This document shows positions 8,772 through 18,465 of a DNA stretch of 64,000 nt, in pieces (positions within the stretch are counted from its first letter, which is position 1; the number at the start of each line of letters is the position of its first letter). A program made the position numbers and the translations under genes. This DNA comes from Thermoproteota archaeon (lineage in GTDB: Archaea; Thermoproteota; Thermoprotei_A; Sulfolobales; Ignisphaeraceae). The DNA lies in contig JAUQPB010000005.1 in NCBI GenBank assembly GCA_030550585.1, positions 1 through 64,000 of the forward strand, given 5' to 3'. The notes below the pieces were generated by a model. That model searched no databases. It saw nothing but the letters and a program-made list of their open reading frames with translations, and was not told the DNA's origin.

Positions 8772-9437
8772 ATGATAAGAGTTAATGTTGTTAGCCACCC
8801 CTATGCCCAGGCCATCTTAACAGTGCTTAGGGATAGGAGGACTTCGCAGATAGAGTTTAGAAAGGGTTTGGTGAGGGTTGGCAGGGTTTTGGGCCTTGAG
8901 ATGGTGAAAGAGTTTGAGGTGGAGGAGTGCGAGGTCGAGACACCGCTTGGCACCAGGGCCAAGGGTATAAGGATTAAGGACCTCGACCGAGTGGTTATAG
9001 TTACTGTGCTTAGAGCTGCATGGCCTCTGACAGAAGGGCTTGTCAAAATATTCTACAACGCTAGGCAAGGCGTTGTGGCGGCTAGGAGGCTTGAGGAGAG
9101 GGGGATGCACAACCACGAGTTCGAGATTGAGGTGGCCTACGTGAAAATCCCGGCAATATCGCCCAACGACATAGTCATTGTAAGCGATGTGATGGTCGCG
9201 ACAGGCTCGACCATGAGCAGGGTTCTGCGAGAGGTTATACGATATGGAAAAGCCAAGAAATACTTCATAGCATCTGTTATAATAACCCCAATAGCCTTTG
9301 AAAAGCTTAAAAAGACTGCTGAGGAGCTGGGCATCGACCTAACAATATACACCCTATCGATAGACCCACAGATAAACGAATCAGGGTACATAGTGCCTGG
9401 GCTGGGAGACGCTGGCGACAGGGCATTTGGCTCATAA
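8772..9437 (+). CDS. upp: Uracil phosphoribosyltransferase
   Basis: VETP, VLRAA, DVMVATGST, GYIVPGLGDAGDRAFG. Confidence 0.95.
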   Translation: MIRVNVVSHPYAQAILTVLRDRRTSQIEFRKGLVRVGRVLGLEMVKEFEVEECEVETPLGTRAKGIRIKDLDRVVIVTVLRAAWPLTEGLVKIFYNARQGVVAARRLEERGMHNHEFEIEVAYVKIPAISPNDIVIVSDVMVATGSTMSRVLREVIRYGKAKKYFIASVIITPIAFEKLKKTAEELGIDLTIYTLSIDPQINESGYIVPGLGDAGDRAFGS

Positions 9438-9683
9438 CCAGCGGTTGCCGGGCTCAACCCCTATTCAAAAATCTTTGAAAGCAGTACAAGCAGCTGTGGA
9501 GACACGGTGTTCCACACCTCATCTACATATTGGTGTTGGTCACAGCAAAACCTTCTGGAAAATTCGTCTAGTACATAATTTTGGCAAAACAACATTTTTC
9601 CTGTTGTACCCCCAACACCACTGTTATTTAGGTTCTGTAGACCTCAAAGACTTATGTAGCAATTTGTATACTGTTTCATGTAG

Positions 9684-9917
9684 GTGTGGTTTTTGTCTAC
9701 AGCTGTCTTGTCTATTAGGGTTCGGCGAGAGCTTAAGGAAGAGGCTGAGAGGCTTGGCATAAACATTAGAGCTGTTGTTGAAAAGGCGTTGGAGGAGGAG
9801 ATCCAGAGGGTCAGACAGGAAAAGTTTAAGAAAGTTGTTGAAGAGGCTCTAAAATATGTTGACATCCCCGTTGATGAGTGGGTGAAAACAGTTAAGGAGT
9901 CTAGGTTCGAGAGGTAG
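9684..9917 (+). CDS. vapB: CcdA/VapB-type antitoxin (start possibly TTG 9693)
   Basis: VLSIRVRRELKEEAERLGINIRAVVEKALEEEI...WVKTVKESR; upstream of a PIN gene. Confidence 0.8.
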   Translation: MWFLSTAVLSIRVRRELKEEAERLGINIRAVVEKALEEEIQRVRQEKFKKVVEEALKYVDIPVDEWVKTVKESRFER

Positions 9918-9926
9918 TGTTGCAAC

Positions 9927-10337
9927 ATGGTTCGCAGATACCTTCTCGATGCCTCGACCCTCTACCCACTGGTACTCAAGTTGGGGGAAGGCCTAATCAG
10001 ATACTCCAACAGGTTTGCTGTTCTCGATATAACCATATATGAGGTTGGGAATACCATTTGGAAAGAGTTTAGAAGAGGTAGGATAAAGAATGTGGGTATT
10101 GTGTGCAAACTATTTGAAGAGATCTTTAATGTGGTACACATTCTGAGACCACAAATGCCATTGGACAAGGTTGTGGAGCTTGCAGTCAGCGAGAACCTCA
10201 CACTCTATGACGCTGTCCATCTATATGTGGCGCGAGCACATGGAATAAAGCTTGTTACAGAGGACAGCGATTTGCAGAGGTTCTCCGAGGCAATCAACAC
10301 AGATCAGCTACTGAAGGAGCTGCAGGCTGTTGGCTAA
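9927..10337 (+). CDS. vapC: VapC PIN-domain toxin
   Basis: YLLDAS, YEVGNTIW, TLYDAV, LVTED. Confidence 0.9.
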   Translation: MVRRYLLDASTLYPLVLKLGEGLIRYSNRFAVLDITIYEVGNTIWKEFRRGRIKNVGIVCKLFEEIFNVVHILRPQMPLDKVVELAVSENLTLYDAVHLYVARAHGIKLVTEDSDLQRFSEAINTDQLLKELQAVG

Positions 10338-10465
10338 GCTTTTTACGAGTGTTGTTGCGGCAGCCGGTAGATTGGTGGGGTTGGACAGGCATCTAAAGTC
10401 TCTCAATTTTTAGGTGCAACACTTTTTATCTAAGCTCTACACAGCCCGGTTTTTGGTGTTGTGGC

Positions 10466-11938
10466 ATGGGTTTGAAGTTTGGCAAGGGGTTCAGATTCGG
10501 CTTTTCGACTGTTGGTGTTCAGCATGAGATGGGGTTGCCTGGCTCAGAGTTTGAGAGTGACTGGGTTTTGTGGCTGAGAGACTACGAGAATATTGTTGCC
10601 GGTGTTGTAAGTGGTGATAGGGCTGAGAACGGCCCTGGCTACTGGCATCTGTTTAGAGAAGACCATGCTAGGGCGGCCTCTATAGGCATGGACGCCGCCT
10701 GGATAACCATTGAGTGGGCTAGGATATTCCCCAAGCCGACATATGATGTGCAAGTGCCTGTAGAGAAAGACTCTGAGGGCATCAAAGCTGTGAACATAGA
10801 CTATGAGCACATTAGAAAGCTTGGGGCCTACGCAAATAGAGATGCTGTTGAACACTATAGAGAGGTACTCATGGACTGGCGTAGCAGAGGCGGCATGGTC
10901 GTTGGCTGCCTCTTCCACTGGTCTCTACCAACATGGCTCCACAACCCCGTGGCTGTAAGAAAGCTTGGTGTAGACAGAGCCCCCAGCGGCTGGGTCGATG
11001 AGAAGACGGTTGTGGAGTTCATAAAATTCGTGGCCTACATAGCCCACGAGCTGGATGAGGCTGTTGACATGTGGTACACAATGAACGAGCCCCTGGTGAT
11101 AGCGAGGCTTGGCTACATAGACATACACTCGGGCTTCCCACCAGGCTACCTAAGCCTAGAGGCATATGAAGCCGTTGTCAAGCATCTCATAGAAGCCCAT
11201 GCAAGAGCCTATGACACGATAAAGCTCTTCTCCAAAAAGCCCGTCGGGATTGTCGAGTCAGTCGCTTGGTACACGCCCAACACAGAAAACGATGGTGGTG
11301 CAGCTCAAAGAGCATTCGAAGACAATCTAGCTGTTCTAGACGCTGTGACTAGGGGTGTCTACCGCGGGCTTAGAAACTCCTTCGAGAGGGAGGATCTGAG
11401 GAACAGACTCGATTGGATAGGCCTAAACTACTACACCAGAACCGTTGTCAGAGCAGACACCAAAACGCTGTGGGGGTATAAAGCTGTACACGGTTACGGC
11501 TATCTATGCAACCCCGGCAGCATCTCCAGAGATGGGAGGCCTTGTAGCGACTTTGGCTGGGAGGTCTACCCCGAGGGGATATACCATGTGCTTAAAAGCC
11601 TCTATGAGAGGTACAAGCTCCCAGTCTACATAACAGAAAACGGTGTTGCAGACGCCGAAGACAGGCTCAGACCAAGGTTCATAGTCTCCCACTTATACTG
11701 GGCATACAAAGCACTATCCGAAGGAGTTGACTTGAGGGGGTACTTCCATTGGAACCTAATAGACAACCTAGAGTGGGCAAAGGGCTACAGCATGAGGTTT
11801 GGCCTATTCTACGTCGATATGGAGACCAAGAAGAGGTGTGCCAGGCCAAGCACCTACATATTCAAGGAGATTGCACAGCCAAAGGAAATCCCAGACGAAT
11901 TTCTACACCTCGTATACCCAGCAAAGACATGGCCATAG
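10466..11938 (+). CDS. GH1 beta-glycosidase (archaeal LacS/CelB type)
   Basis: EWARIFP, acid/base TMNEP, nucleophile ITENG, DNLEWAKG. Confidence 0.93.
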   Translation: MGLKFGKGFRFGFSTVGVQHEMGLPGSEFESDWVLWLRDYENIVAGVVSGDRAENGPGYWHLFREDHARAASIGMDAAWITIEWARIFPKPTYDVQVPVEKDSEGIKAVNIDYEHIRKLGAYANRDAVEHYREVLMDWRSRGGMVVGCLFHWSLPTWLHNPVAVRKLGVDRAPSGWVDEKTVVEFIKFVAYIAHELDEAVDMWYTMNEPLVIARLGYIDIHSGFPPGYLSLEAYEAVVKHLIEAHARAYDTIKLFSKKPVGIVESVAWYTPNTENDGGAAQRAFEDNLAVLDAVTRGVYRGLRNSFEREDLRNRLDWIGLNYYTRTVVRADTKTLWGYKAVHGYGYLCNPGSISRDGRPCSDFGWEVYPEGIYHVLKSLYERYKLPVYITENGVADAEDRLRPRFIVSHLYWAYKALSEGVDLRGYFHWNLIDNLEWAKGYSMRFGLFYVDMETKKRCARPSTYIFKEIAQPKEIPDEFLHLVYPAKTWP

Positions 11939-11958
11939 CGAAATAGGTGGAAGACAGC

Positions 11959-12873
11959 TTAGCTTTCCTTCTCCTTCTCCTCCTCTATTACATTTCCATA
12001 GACAGCTGCTATCCCCAGCTCCTCAGCTCTCTTCAAAGCATCTTCAAGTATGTCTACAGCGACAATTATCTTCCTATCTGGTCTCCTGCCAAGAACCTTC
12101 TCAAATATCTCGCATCTCGTCTCAAACCACTCGACATCGTCTGCATCAGCAAATGATTTAACCTCTATGAAGAAGACCTTGTCGTCGTGTACATATATAT
12201 CCATTTCAAGTTTGGCTCCCTTCCTATAGTACACGCCGTTAACATCCTTTATAGTGATCTTCTCAACCCTCTCACCCTCAACACCAAACGACTTAAGAAC
12301 ATCTTTATAGAGACTAAGAATAGTCTTCTCCAAGTCGATACCAAGTCTACGCCCAAGAGAGCCAACAGAAACCTCTAAACGCTTCAAAGACCTTGAATGC
12401 TCCTCCAACCTCTTCACAATCTCATTAAATTTCCTGTCATGCTCTTCAAGTCTAGCAAAGACTTCAGTAAATCTCTTGTTTATCTCCTCCCACCTCCTCT
12501 CCTCCAACTCAACAAACCTATTGAAATCCTCTCTCAACCTCTTCAACTCACTTTCAATAGCTTCGAACCTCTTGTATGCCTCCTCCCACCTCCTGTTATT
12601 CTCCTCCCAACGCCTATTATTTTCCTCCCACCTCTTATTATTCTCTTCCCATCTTCTGTTGTTCTCCTCCCACCTCTTCTCCTGCTCCTTAACAAAAACA
12701 AGAAAGTCTTCTCTAAGCCTCTTCAACTCCTCCTCATGCCTATCAAGCCTCTTCAAAACCTCCCCAAAGCCGATAAGACCGGCTATAGCATACCTAAACT
12801 CCTCATCCTCCTTCAAAAGCCTGAGAAACTCGCTCTTGAGGCTACTGTTATTGGTGGTGGATGCTACACACAT
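11959..12873 (-). CDS. Coiled-coil repeat protein with C-terminal PD-(D/E)XK nuclease-like domain (DUF3782-like)
   Basis: LLKEDEEFRYAIAGLIG N-terminus, WEENNRR heptads, C-terminal EMD...IEVKS. Confidence 0.8.
   Translation of the reverse strand: MCVASTTNNSSLKSEFLRLLKEDEEFRYAIAGLIGFGEVLKRLDRHEEELKRLREDFLVFVKEQEKRWEENNRRWEENNKRWEENNRRWEENNRRWEEAYKRFEAIESELKRLREDFNRFVELEERRWEEINKRFTEVFARLEEHDRKFNEIVKRLEEHSRSLKRLEVSVGSLGRRLGIDLEKTILSLYKDVLKSFGVEGERVEKITIKDVNGVYYRKGAKLEMDIYVHDDKVFFIEVKSFADADDVEWFETRCEIFEKVLGRRPDRKIIVAVDILEDALKRAEELGIAAVYGNVIEEEKEKES
12580..12678. repeat. About 4.7 imperfect 21-bp tandem repeats encoding NN(R/K)RWEE heptads
   Basis: ctcctcccacctcctgttatt / ctcctcccaacgcctattatt / ttcctcccacctcttattatt / ctcttcccatcttctgttgtt / ctcctcccacctctt. 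Confidence 0.85.
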
Positions 12874-13077
12874 TTGATGCAGCCCAACAAACCTCTCAGC
12901 TTATAAAATGAGTTTGGCTTCCTAGAAAAATAAACATTTTGCTCGCCAGAGCTGTTGTCACGCTTATTAACTATGTACTGATAGGATAGTAATTGATGTT
13001 TTGGTTTTTCAGATGGTGTCTAGTAGCGGTTTGGTGCTTTATGGAAGGTTTATAGTGGATCCGACATTGCATTCGAG

Positions 13078-13747
13078 CTAGTGGTCTGGGGACTCCTCTC
13101 TCAGTATAGACCTTGGTCGCTCTCCGCTACAGTGTATGGGTGCTATCTTCTCCACGCCTAGATTTAGCAGCTGTTCAACTGTCTTTCTGCATTCATTGCT
13201 GGTTGTTCCCTCCATGTGGAATCCTCCAAAAACCAGATAGGGCTTTAATTTGAGGTCTCTAACAGCCTTTGCAACTATGTTTACAATACCTGGGTGACTG
13301 TATCCAGTAATTATAGCAAGACTATCTCTGACATTTATCGCCAGAGCCTGTTCCATGGGAGGGCCACAGAGCCTGCCCACCACAGCAACGCCAGGGGCTA
13401 TCCAAGCCGTTTTATCCACCTCAACAATATTTAGACCCCGAATCCCCACCTTCTTAGAGGCCCCTTCGGAACATAGACAGTTATCCCAGGCCTCGCCTCA
13501 GCCATGTAGCTCAAACCATTTGTGTGATCCCCATGCTCATGCAACACAACAGCAAATTCTATGCCCCTAGCGTCTACCCCCAAACTCCTCAAATTCCTCT
13601 CCAGAACACCTGGATCCGGACCCACATCAAACAAGAACCTGGAAGAAGGGTCTCAACAAATATGCTCAAACCCCATGCAACCTCTAGCCCAGAGCCCCCA
13701 CGGCTATCCACAACAACCACAATCCTACAGCTATCAGCTGAACCCAA
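13078..13747 (-). pseudogene. Metallo-beta-lactamase-fold protein, multiply frameshifted
   Basis: Fragments in different frames: AWGLSIFVE, LFDVGP, HEHGDHTNG, TGYSHPG, GGFHM, PIHCSG. Confidence 0.8.
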
Positions 13748-13837
13748 TACCCCAACCTCCAATAACACAATTATTTATAGCGATGAATTTATAACTTTTT
13801 AATAGCATTGGCTCCTCCACCATCAAACTAGCGAATT

Positions 13838-14728
13838 CTATGCCCGTTGCCCCTGTCTCGTCTTTAGATATGTCTCAACAATTTTCAGTGTCTTAATTTG
13901 TGCGTCTCTAGCCCCCTGGACCTCCACATGGTTTACCCCACCCACCGCTAGAACCGCTCTTACACGATTCAAGTGGTTTTTTATGACCTTGTATATCTCG
14001 TCTAGGTCTTCGGTTATCAGCCCACCCCTCTCTGGGTCTACAAGTGTTATCCTCGCTCTATCCACTGGCTTCTCCATCTCCCACCTGTTCACAATTGTGT
14101 AGACTGCTATGGGGATTGCAAAAGCTTTTCTCAGTTTTATTAGCTGGCTGAACTCGTCTACTTCGTGTGCATAGTCTGTTACCACAACCAGTGCCGAGTT
14201 TTTCCTAACAATCGTTTTTAAGATGTTGACAACTCTGTCTATGCCTATAGAGCCCCCCACGCCCTTTTCCCTACACACAGTACTCTCGATAACCTTGATT
14301 GCTTCTCTGCCCCTCAAACCCCTATACACGTTTACATTGTGTGAGAAGATGATGAGGGTTATCCTGTCTGTGAATCTGTGGGACAGCTCCAGTAGGAGGG
14401 AGAGTGTATAGAGAGAGGCCGCCACCTTCTCCTCGTCCAGCATAGACTCTGTGAAGTCTGTTGCAAATACCACCTCCTTCATCTGCTCTACATGGAAAAC
14501 CTTTGTATATAGCTTGTAGTCTCCTGTGACCACATCTAAGGATCTTGCTGACAGTCTCCAGTCTATATACCTTATATCGTCTCCCTCTTGATACTCTCTA
14601 AAATCTGCATATTCGAGCCCTATCCCAAGATACCTAGACTTGCTGAGTCCCAGCTCCATTGATGTTGCATAGGATTGCCCAAGCTTTGAATATGCCTTCG
14701 CCGTTTTGCACAGTTCTCTACTTGACAA
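13838..14728 (-). CDS. DUF58 vWA-like protein (MoxR-associated)
   Basis: GLEYADFREYQEGDDIRYIDWRLSAR. Confidence 0.9.
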   Translation of the reverse strand: MSSRELCKTAKAYSKLGQSYATSMELGLSKSRYLGIGLEYADFREYQEGDDIRYIDWRLSARSLDVVTGDYKLYTKVFHVEQMKEVVFATDFTESMLDEEKVAASLYTLSLLLELSHRFTDRITLIIFSHNVNVYRGLRGREAIKVIESTVCREKGVGGSIGIDRVVNILKTIVRKNSALVVVTDYAHEVDEFSQLIKLRKAFAIPIAVYTIVNRWEMEKPVDRARITLVDPERGGLITEDLDEIYKVIKNHLNRVRAVLAVGGVNHVEVQGARDAQIKTLKIVETYLKTRQGQRA

Positions 14729-15569
14729 TAACTATGTCACCAACTTTGACTATGTCGCTGTAGGCTATATCCTCGAATTCTGCTGCCTCCTGCTCCTCCT
14801 CTACGAAGCTCTCCATAACCTTAGCTATCTTCTCCCAATCCCTAAACCCCTTCAGAATATTCTCAACCTCTCTAGCAACAGACAGATCCAGCTTGCTAAA
14901 CCTGTAGGGGTCTCTAAACTCCACAAGCCTCTCATAGACCTCTCTATACCCAAGCCTCTTTATGTTAGAGGTGAAGGCTATCCAGTTAACAACTCTCCTC
15001 CTACTCCTAACCCTGTAAACCCTAAAACCAACCGTCTTGGGCGCAACAACAACCTCTTTGCATATGCCCAGCAAACCCCTTGAAACACTGACAACAAGCT
15101 TATTCAAAATCTGCTCAATTCTATAAACAGACTTTTGCTGCTGGACTGGCAACCCCCGGAAAGAGGCTTCCCTAGGGGTTGAAAGAAGAACTATCTTGAC
15201 AGTAGAGTCGAAATCGTCTACAGAGACCCTCTTTATATCTATGAGCTGGATCTCGTCCAATGAGATAAAGCCCTTAAGCCAAACAACATCTTTTTCTGCA
15301 ACCCTATACGGTATGTCTAGGCCCTCTCTCCTAGCTATGGACACCAACACCTCGAGAGGCTCGTTTCCAGAGGCCAGGCCCCTACTCGATAAAATGTGCA
15401 CAAGTTTCTCCACATCAACAACAGGCTCGCTCACCCTAAAGGCGGTATATACAGAGAGCTTCACATCGTTATCCATAATCTGGGGCTCCTTGACATAGCC
15501 GTAGATAAGGGCCTCTGAGTCAACAACCATGGCATCTCTTATCTCGTCGAAGCTGTAGAACCTCCCCAT
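14718..15569 (-). CDS. Hypothetical protein with two PRC-barrel-like units carrying insertions; probable ATG start at 15569
   Basis: AMVVDSEALIYGYVKE...ISLDEIQLID and KLVVSVSRGLLGICKEVVV...IAYSDIVKVGDIVIVK. Confidence 0.55.
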   Translation of the reverse strand: MGRFYSFDEIRDAMVVDSEALIYGYVKEPQIMDNDVKLSVYTAFRVSEPVVDVEKLVHILSSRGLASGNEPLEVLVSIARREGLDIPYRVAEKDVVWLKGFISLDEIQLIDIKRVSVDDFDSTVKIVLLSTPREASFRGLPVQQQKSVYRIEQILNKLVVSVSRGLLGICKEVVVAPKTVGFRVYRVRSRRRVVNWIAFTSNIKRLGYREVYERLVEFRDPYRFSKLDLSVAREVENILKGFRDWEKIAKVMESFVEEEQEAAEFEDIAYSDIVKVGDIVIVK

Positions 15570-15635
15570 GTGCTGCGACCACATAAACTTATTTCTAGAC
15601 ACCAAAATCTAGGCTAGACACCAGAGATAAAAGCT

Positions 15636-16739
15636 TTGGGCTGGGATGGCAAAGACCAGGGTGTTTATGTGCCCGCATCTAAAATAGATGTAGATGCCAT
15701 TAAGACAACAGTAGGGGAGATTCTGAAGCAGCTAGACAGAGCTGTTATAGGCTATGAGACTGAGAAGAGAATTGTCATAGCATCTCTTCTTGCAAACGGG
15801 CATGTCCTGCTCGAGGGTGTGCCCGGAATAGCTAAGACAACCCTAGTCAAAGCTCTTTCTAGAGCTCTTGGGCTTTCAGAGAAAAGGATTGTTGAAATCA
15901 GTGGCGTTCCATACAAGGGCTTCTCGAGGATACAGTTCACACCAGATTTGATGCCATCGGATATAACAGGGTCTCTAGTGTTCAACATAGCTCTGAAAGA
16001 TTTTGAGATTAGGTTCGGCCCCATCTTCACATACATTCTCTTAGCTGACGAGATCAACAGGGCTGTGCCCCGAACCCAATCAGCTCTTCTCCAAGCTATG
16101 CAGGAGAGAGAGGTGACTATAGGTGGCAGAACCTACCCACTCGAGATAAGGGGGCAGGGCAAGTTCTTCTTTGTGCTCGCAACGCAGAACCCTATTGAGC
16201 AAGAGGGCACCTACCCACTTCCAGAGGCACAGCTAGACAGATTCATGGTAAGGCTCTTCATGGGCTATCCGAAGAGCTTAGAGGAGGAGAGGAAGATATG
16301 CGAGCTCCACATGAACAGACTTACAGAGCCTGTTGAAGATGTTGAAAAGGTTGTGGAGCCTTCGTGGATCGTCGAAGCACAGGAGTACATAGCTGCAAAC
16401 ATTAAGGTGGATAGCAACGTTACAAACTATATAGTGAGGCTCGTCAGATCCACAAGACCAGAGACGTTCGACTCCATAAAAAAGTATTTTGAGTTTGGGG
16501 CAAGCCCAAGAGCATCGATAGCCCTTGTCAGGCTCTCTAAAGCAGTAGCGGCTATGAGGGGCTCTGAAGTGGTTGCCATAGAGGATGTCGACCAGATCGC
16601 TTTCCACGTCCTCAACCACAGGGTTATACCAAATCTGGAGACCGTTATGGAGGTTGGAGGGGGTTTTAGAGCAAGGATATCTGTTATAAGCGAGGGTATT
16701 GAGCTAGCGAAGAAGGTTGCTAGGGGTGGCAAGCCATGA
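15636..16739 (+). CDS. MoxR-family AAA+ ATPase (start possibly GTG 15669)
   Basis: HVLLEGVPGIAKT, RIQFTPDLMPSDITG, DEINRA, ATQNPIEQEGTYPLPEAQLDRF. Confidence 0.95.
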   Translation: MGWDGKDQGVYVPASKIDVDAIKTTVGEILKQLDRAVIGYETEKRIVIASLLANGHVLLEGVPGIAKTTLVKALSRALGLSEKRIVEISGVPYKGFSRIQFTPDLMPSDITGSLVFNIALKDFEIRFGPIFTYILLADEINRAVPRTQSALLQAMQEREVTIGGRTYPLEIRGQGKFFFVLATQNPIEQEGTYPLPEAQLDRFMVRLFMGYPKSLEEERKICELHMNRLTEPVEDVEKVVEPSWIVEAQEYIAANIKVDSNVTNYIVRLVRSTRPETFDSIKKYFEFGASPRASIALVRLSKAVAAMRGSEVVAIEDVDQIAFHVLNHRVIPNLETVMEVGGGFRARISVISEGIELAKKVARGGKP

Positions 16740-17647
16740 CCATGATAGAGTTTAGAGAGGTTAGCAAAAGGTTTGGAAAGGTAGAGGCCCTGAAAAACGC
16801 CTCTTTCGAAATACCCGAGAACACTGTAACAGCTTTTCTGGGGCCCAACGGTGCGGGGAAAACAACGTCGATGAAGCTGATAATGGGCTTTCTAAAACCT
16901 TCGAAAGGTGCTGTGCTTGTCTGGGGGGAGGAGCCATGGAGAAACGAGAGTATTAGAAGCAGGATTGGATATCTTCCAGAGAAACCTGTGTACCCAATGG
17001 ATCTAACAGTCGAGGATTTTCTAAGTCACCTGGCAGGGCTGAGGAGATTGGGTAGAGCAGATGTCGAGAGGGTGTCAAGGCTCGTAGGACTGGAGAAGCT
17101 CATGGACAGGAAGATAAGAAGCCTGTCAAGAGGCTACCTCCAGAGAGTTGGAATAGCCCAGAGCCTCTTGGGAGAGCCAGAGCTGCTCATACTAGATGAG
17201 CCTACGGCTAACTTGGATCCAGCCGCTAGGAGAGAGATATTAGATGTTCTCAAGGTTCTGCACAAAGAGCTCAAAGTATCGATGATAATATCCTCTCACA
17301 TAATACCAGAGCTACAAGAGCTATCAAACTACGCTATCTTCATAGACAAGGGAACGGTTCTAGACTACGGGTATCTCAACGACCTCTGGAGGAAATACTC
17401 TGTAGAAACAGTCTTCACAATAGAGGCTACAGACATTGAAACAGTTGCTAAGCAGCTCATTGAAAAACCTTTTGTACACGCCATCAAGCGTGTCAGCAGT
17501 GGCACCCTCGAAGTCTCTATAGACCCCAGCCACTTTAAAGTATTTGAAGCCCTCCTCACAGAGATAAACCATAAGATAAGGCGCTACGAATTCAAAACAG
17601 CCAATCTAGGAGATCTCTATGAAAAGATTGTCAAGTCCAAGCCTTAG
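16736..17647 (+). CDS. ABC exporter ATP-binding protein
   Basis: GPNGAGKTT, LSRGYLQR, LILDEPT. Confidence 0.93.
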   Translation: MTMIEFREVSKRFGKVEALKNASFEIPENTVTAFLGPNGAGKTTSMKLIMGFLKPSKGAVLVWGEEPWRNESIRSRIGYLPEKPVYPMDLTVEDFLSHLAGLRRLGRADVERVSRLVGLEKLMDRKIRSLSRGYLQRVGIAQSLLGEPELLILDEPTANLDPAARREILDVLKVLHKELKVSMIISSHIIPELQELSNYAIFIDKGTVLDYGYLNDLWRKYSVETVFTIEATDIETVAKQLIEKPFVHAIKRVSSGTLEVSIDPSHFKVFEALLTEINHKIRRYEFKTANLGDLYEKIVKSKP

Positions 17648-18446
17648 AAGAATATACGAGCAAACAGCATACATGGCCAACAGAAGAATGAGATCCTACT
17701 CCATAGCTGTGATAATAACCGATGTCATCACCGCTTTATTCATATTGATGCTTGGATGGCAAGCCCCAGTCACAGTATTGGCGCTGCTTCCTTTAGTCCC
17801 GTCAATCAGTATCTACAAGATTGTTATAGCAGCTCAAATATCTGGCATTGCAAGAGAGATCAAATCAGGGGAGGTGCAGCTCTACCTAGCCCACACATTA
17901 ACTAGAGTAGAGTATTTGTTAAGTACATTTCTATTAGCTGGTATAACACCTGCTCTCCTCCTAGTATCGACATGTAGTGTGGTGATAGCCATAGTCGCTC
18001 CAAATCTGCTTTATACAATAGGTGAGTACATTCTCTACATCTTTGTAGACCTCCTAATCTTCTCAGCAATTGTAGTATTAGTGGCTAGCCATGGTTACGA
18101 AGGCACTACAATCATTTTGGGTGTTTTCCTAGGGCTTTTCATATGGATTGCTACAAGCATTCTCCTTTTCTTTTACACATACTCAGGTTTGTCTTATACA
18201 TACTCAAGTAATGTCTCTCCACTTAGCCCCCCACTACTATATCTAGTATATTTGTCGTTCTCTATCTGCGCATTGCTATCTCCCTTTACATACCGTGTAC
18301 TCTATATCGCCTATACACAGACCTACAAACCCTCGCCACCACCCATTCCCCCACCAACTCCACAAACTATTATGTTGCTTGCCTTGCTATTGACTATAGC
18401 TTTGTTAGGACTGGCTTTAAGAGAAATTAAAGTTAGAGATATATAG
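17619..18446 (+). CDS. ABC-2-type permease
   Basis: Multi-TM protein; REIKSGEVQLYLAHTLTR motif; coupled to the ABC ATPase. Confidence 0.7.
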   Translation: MKRLSSPSLRRIYEQTAYMANRRMRSYSIAVIITDVITALFILMLGWQAPVTVLALLPLVPSISIYKIVIAAQISGIAREIKSGEVQLYLAHTLTRVEYLLSTFLLAGITPALLLVSTCSVVIAIVAPNLLYTIGEYILYIFVDLLIFSAIVVLVASHGYEGTTIILGVFLGLFIWIATSILLFFYTYSGLSYTYSSNVSPLSPPLLYLVYLSFSICALLSPFTYRVLYIAYTQTYKPSPPPIPPPTPQTIMLLALLLTIALLGLALREIKVRDI

Positions 18447-18465
18447 GTTTTGTAGGTGGTGAGCT

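Noticed and set aside
12187-12906. Leu/Pro/Ser-rich plus-strand ORFs, and similar shadow ORFs elsewhere in the track
   Set aside because: They are antisense or alternate-frame shadows of well-supported genes.
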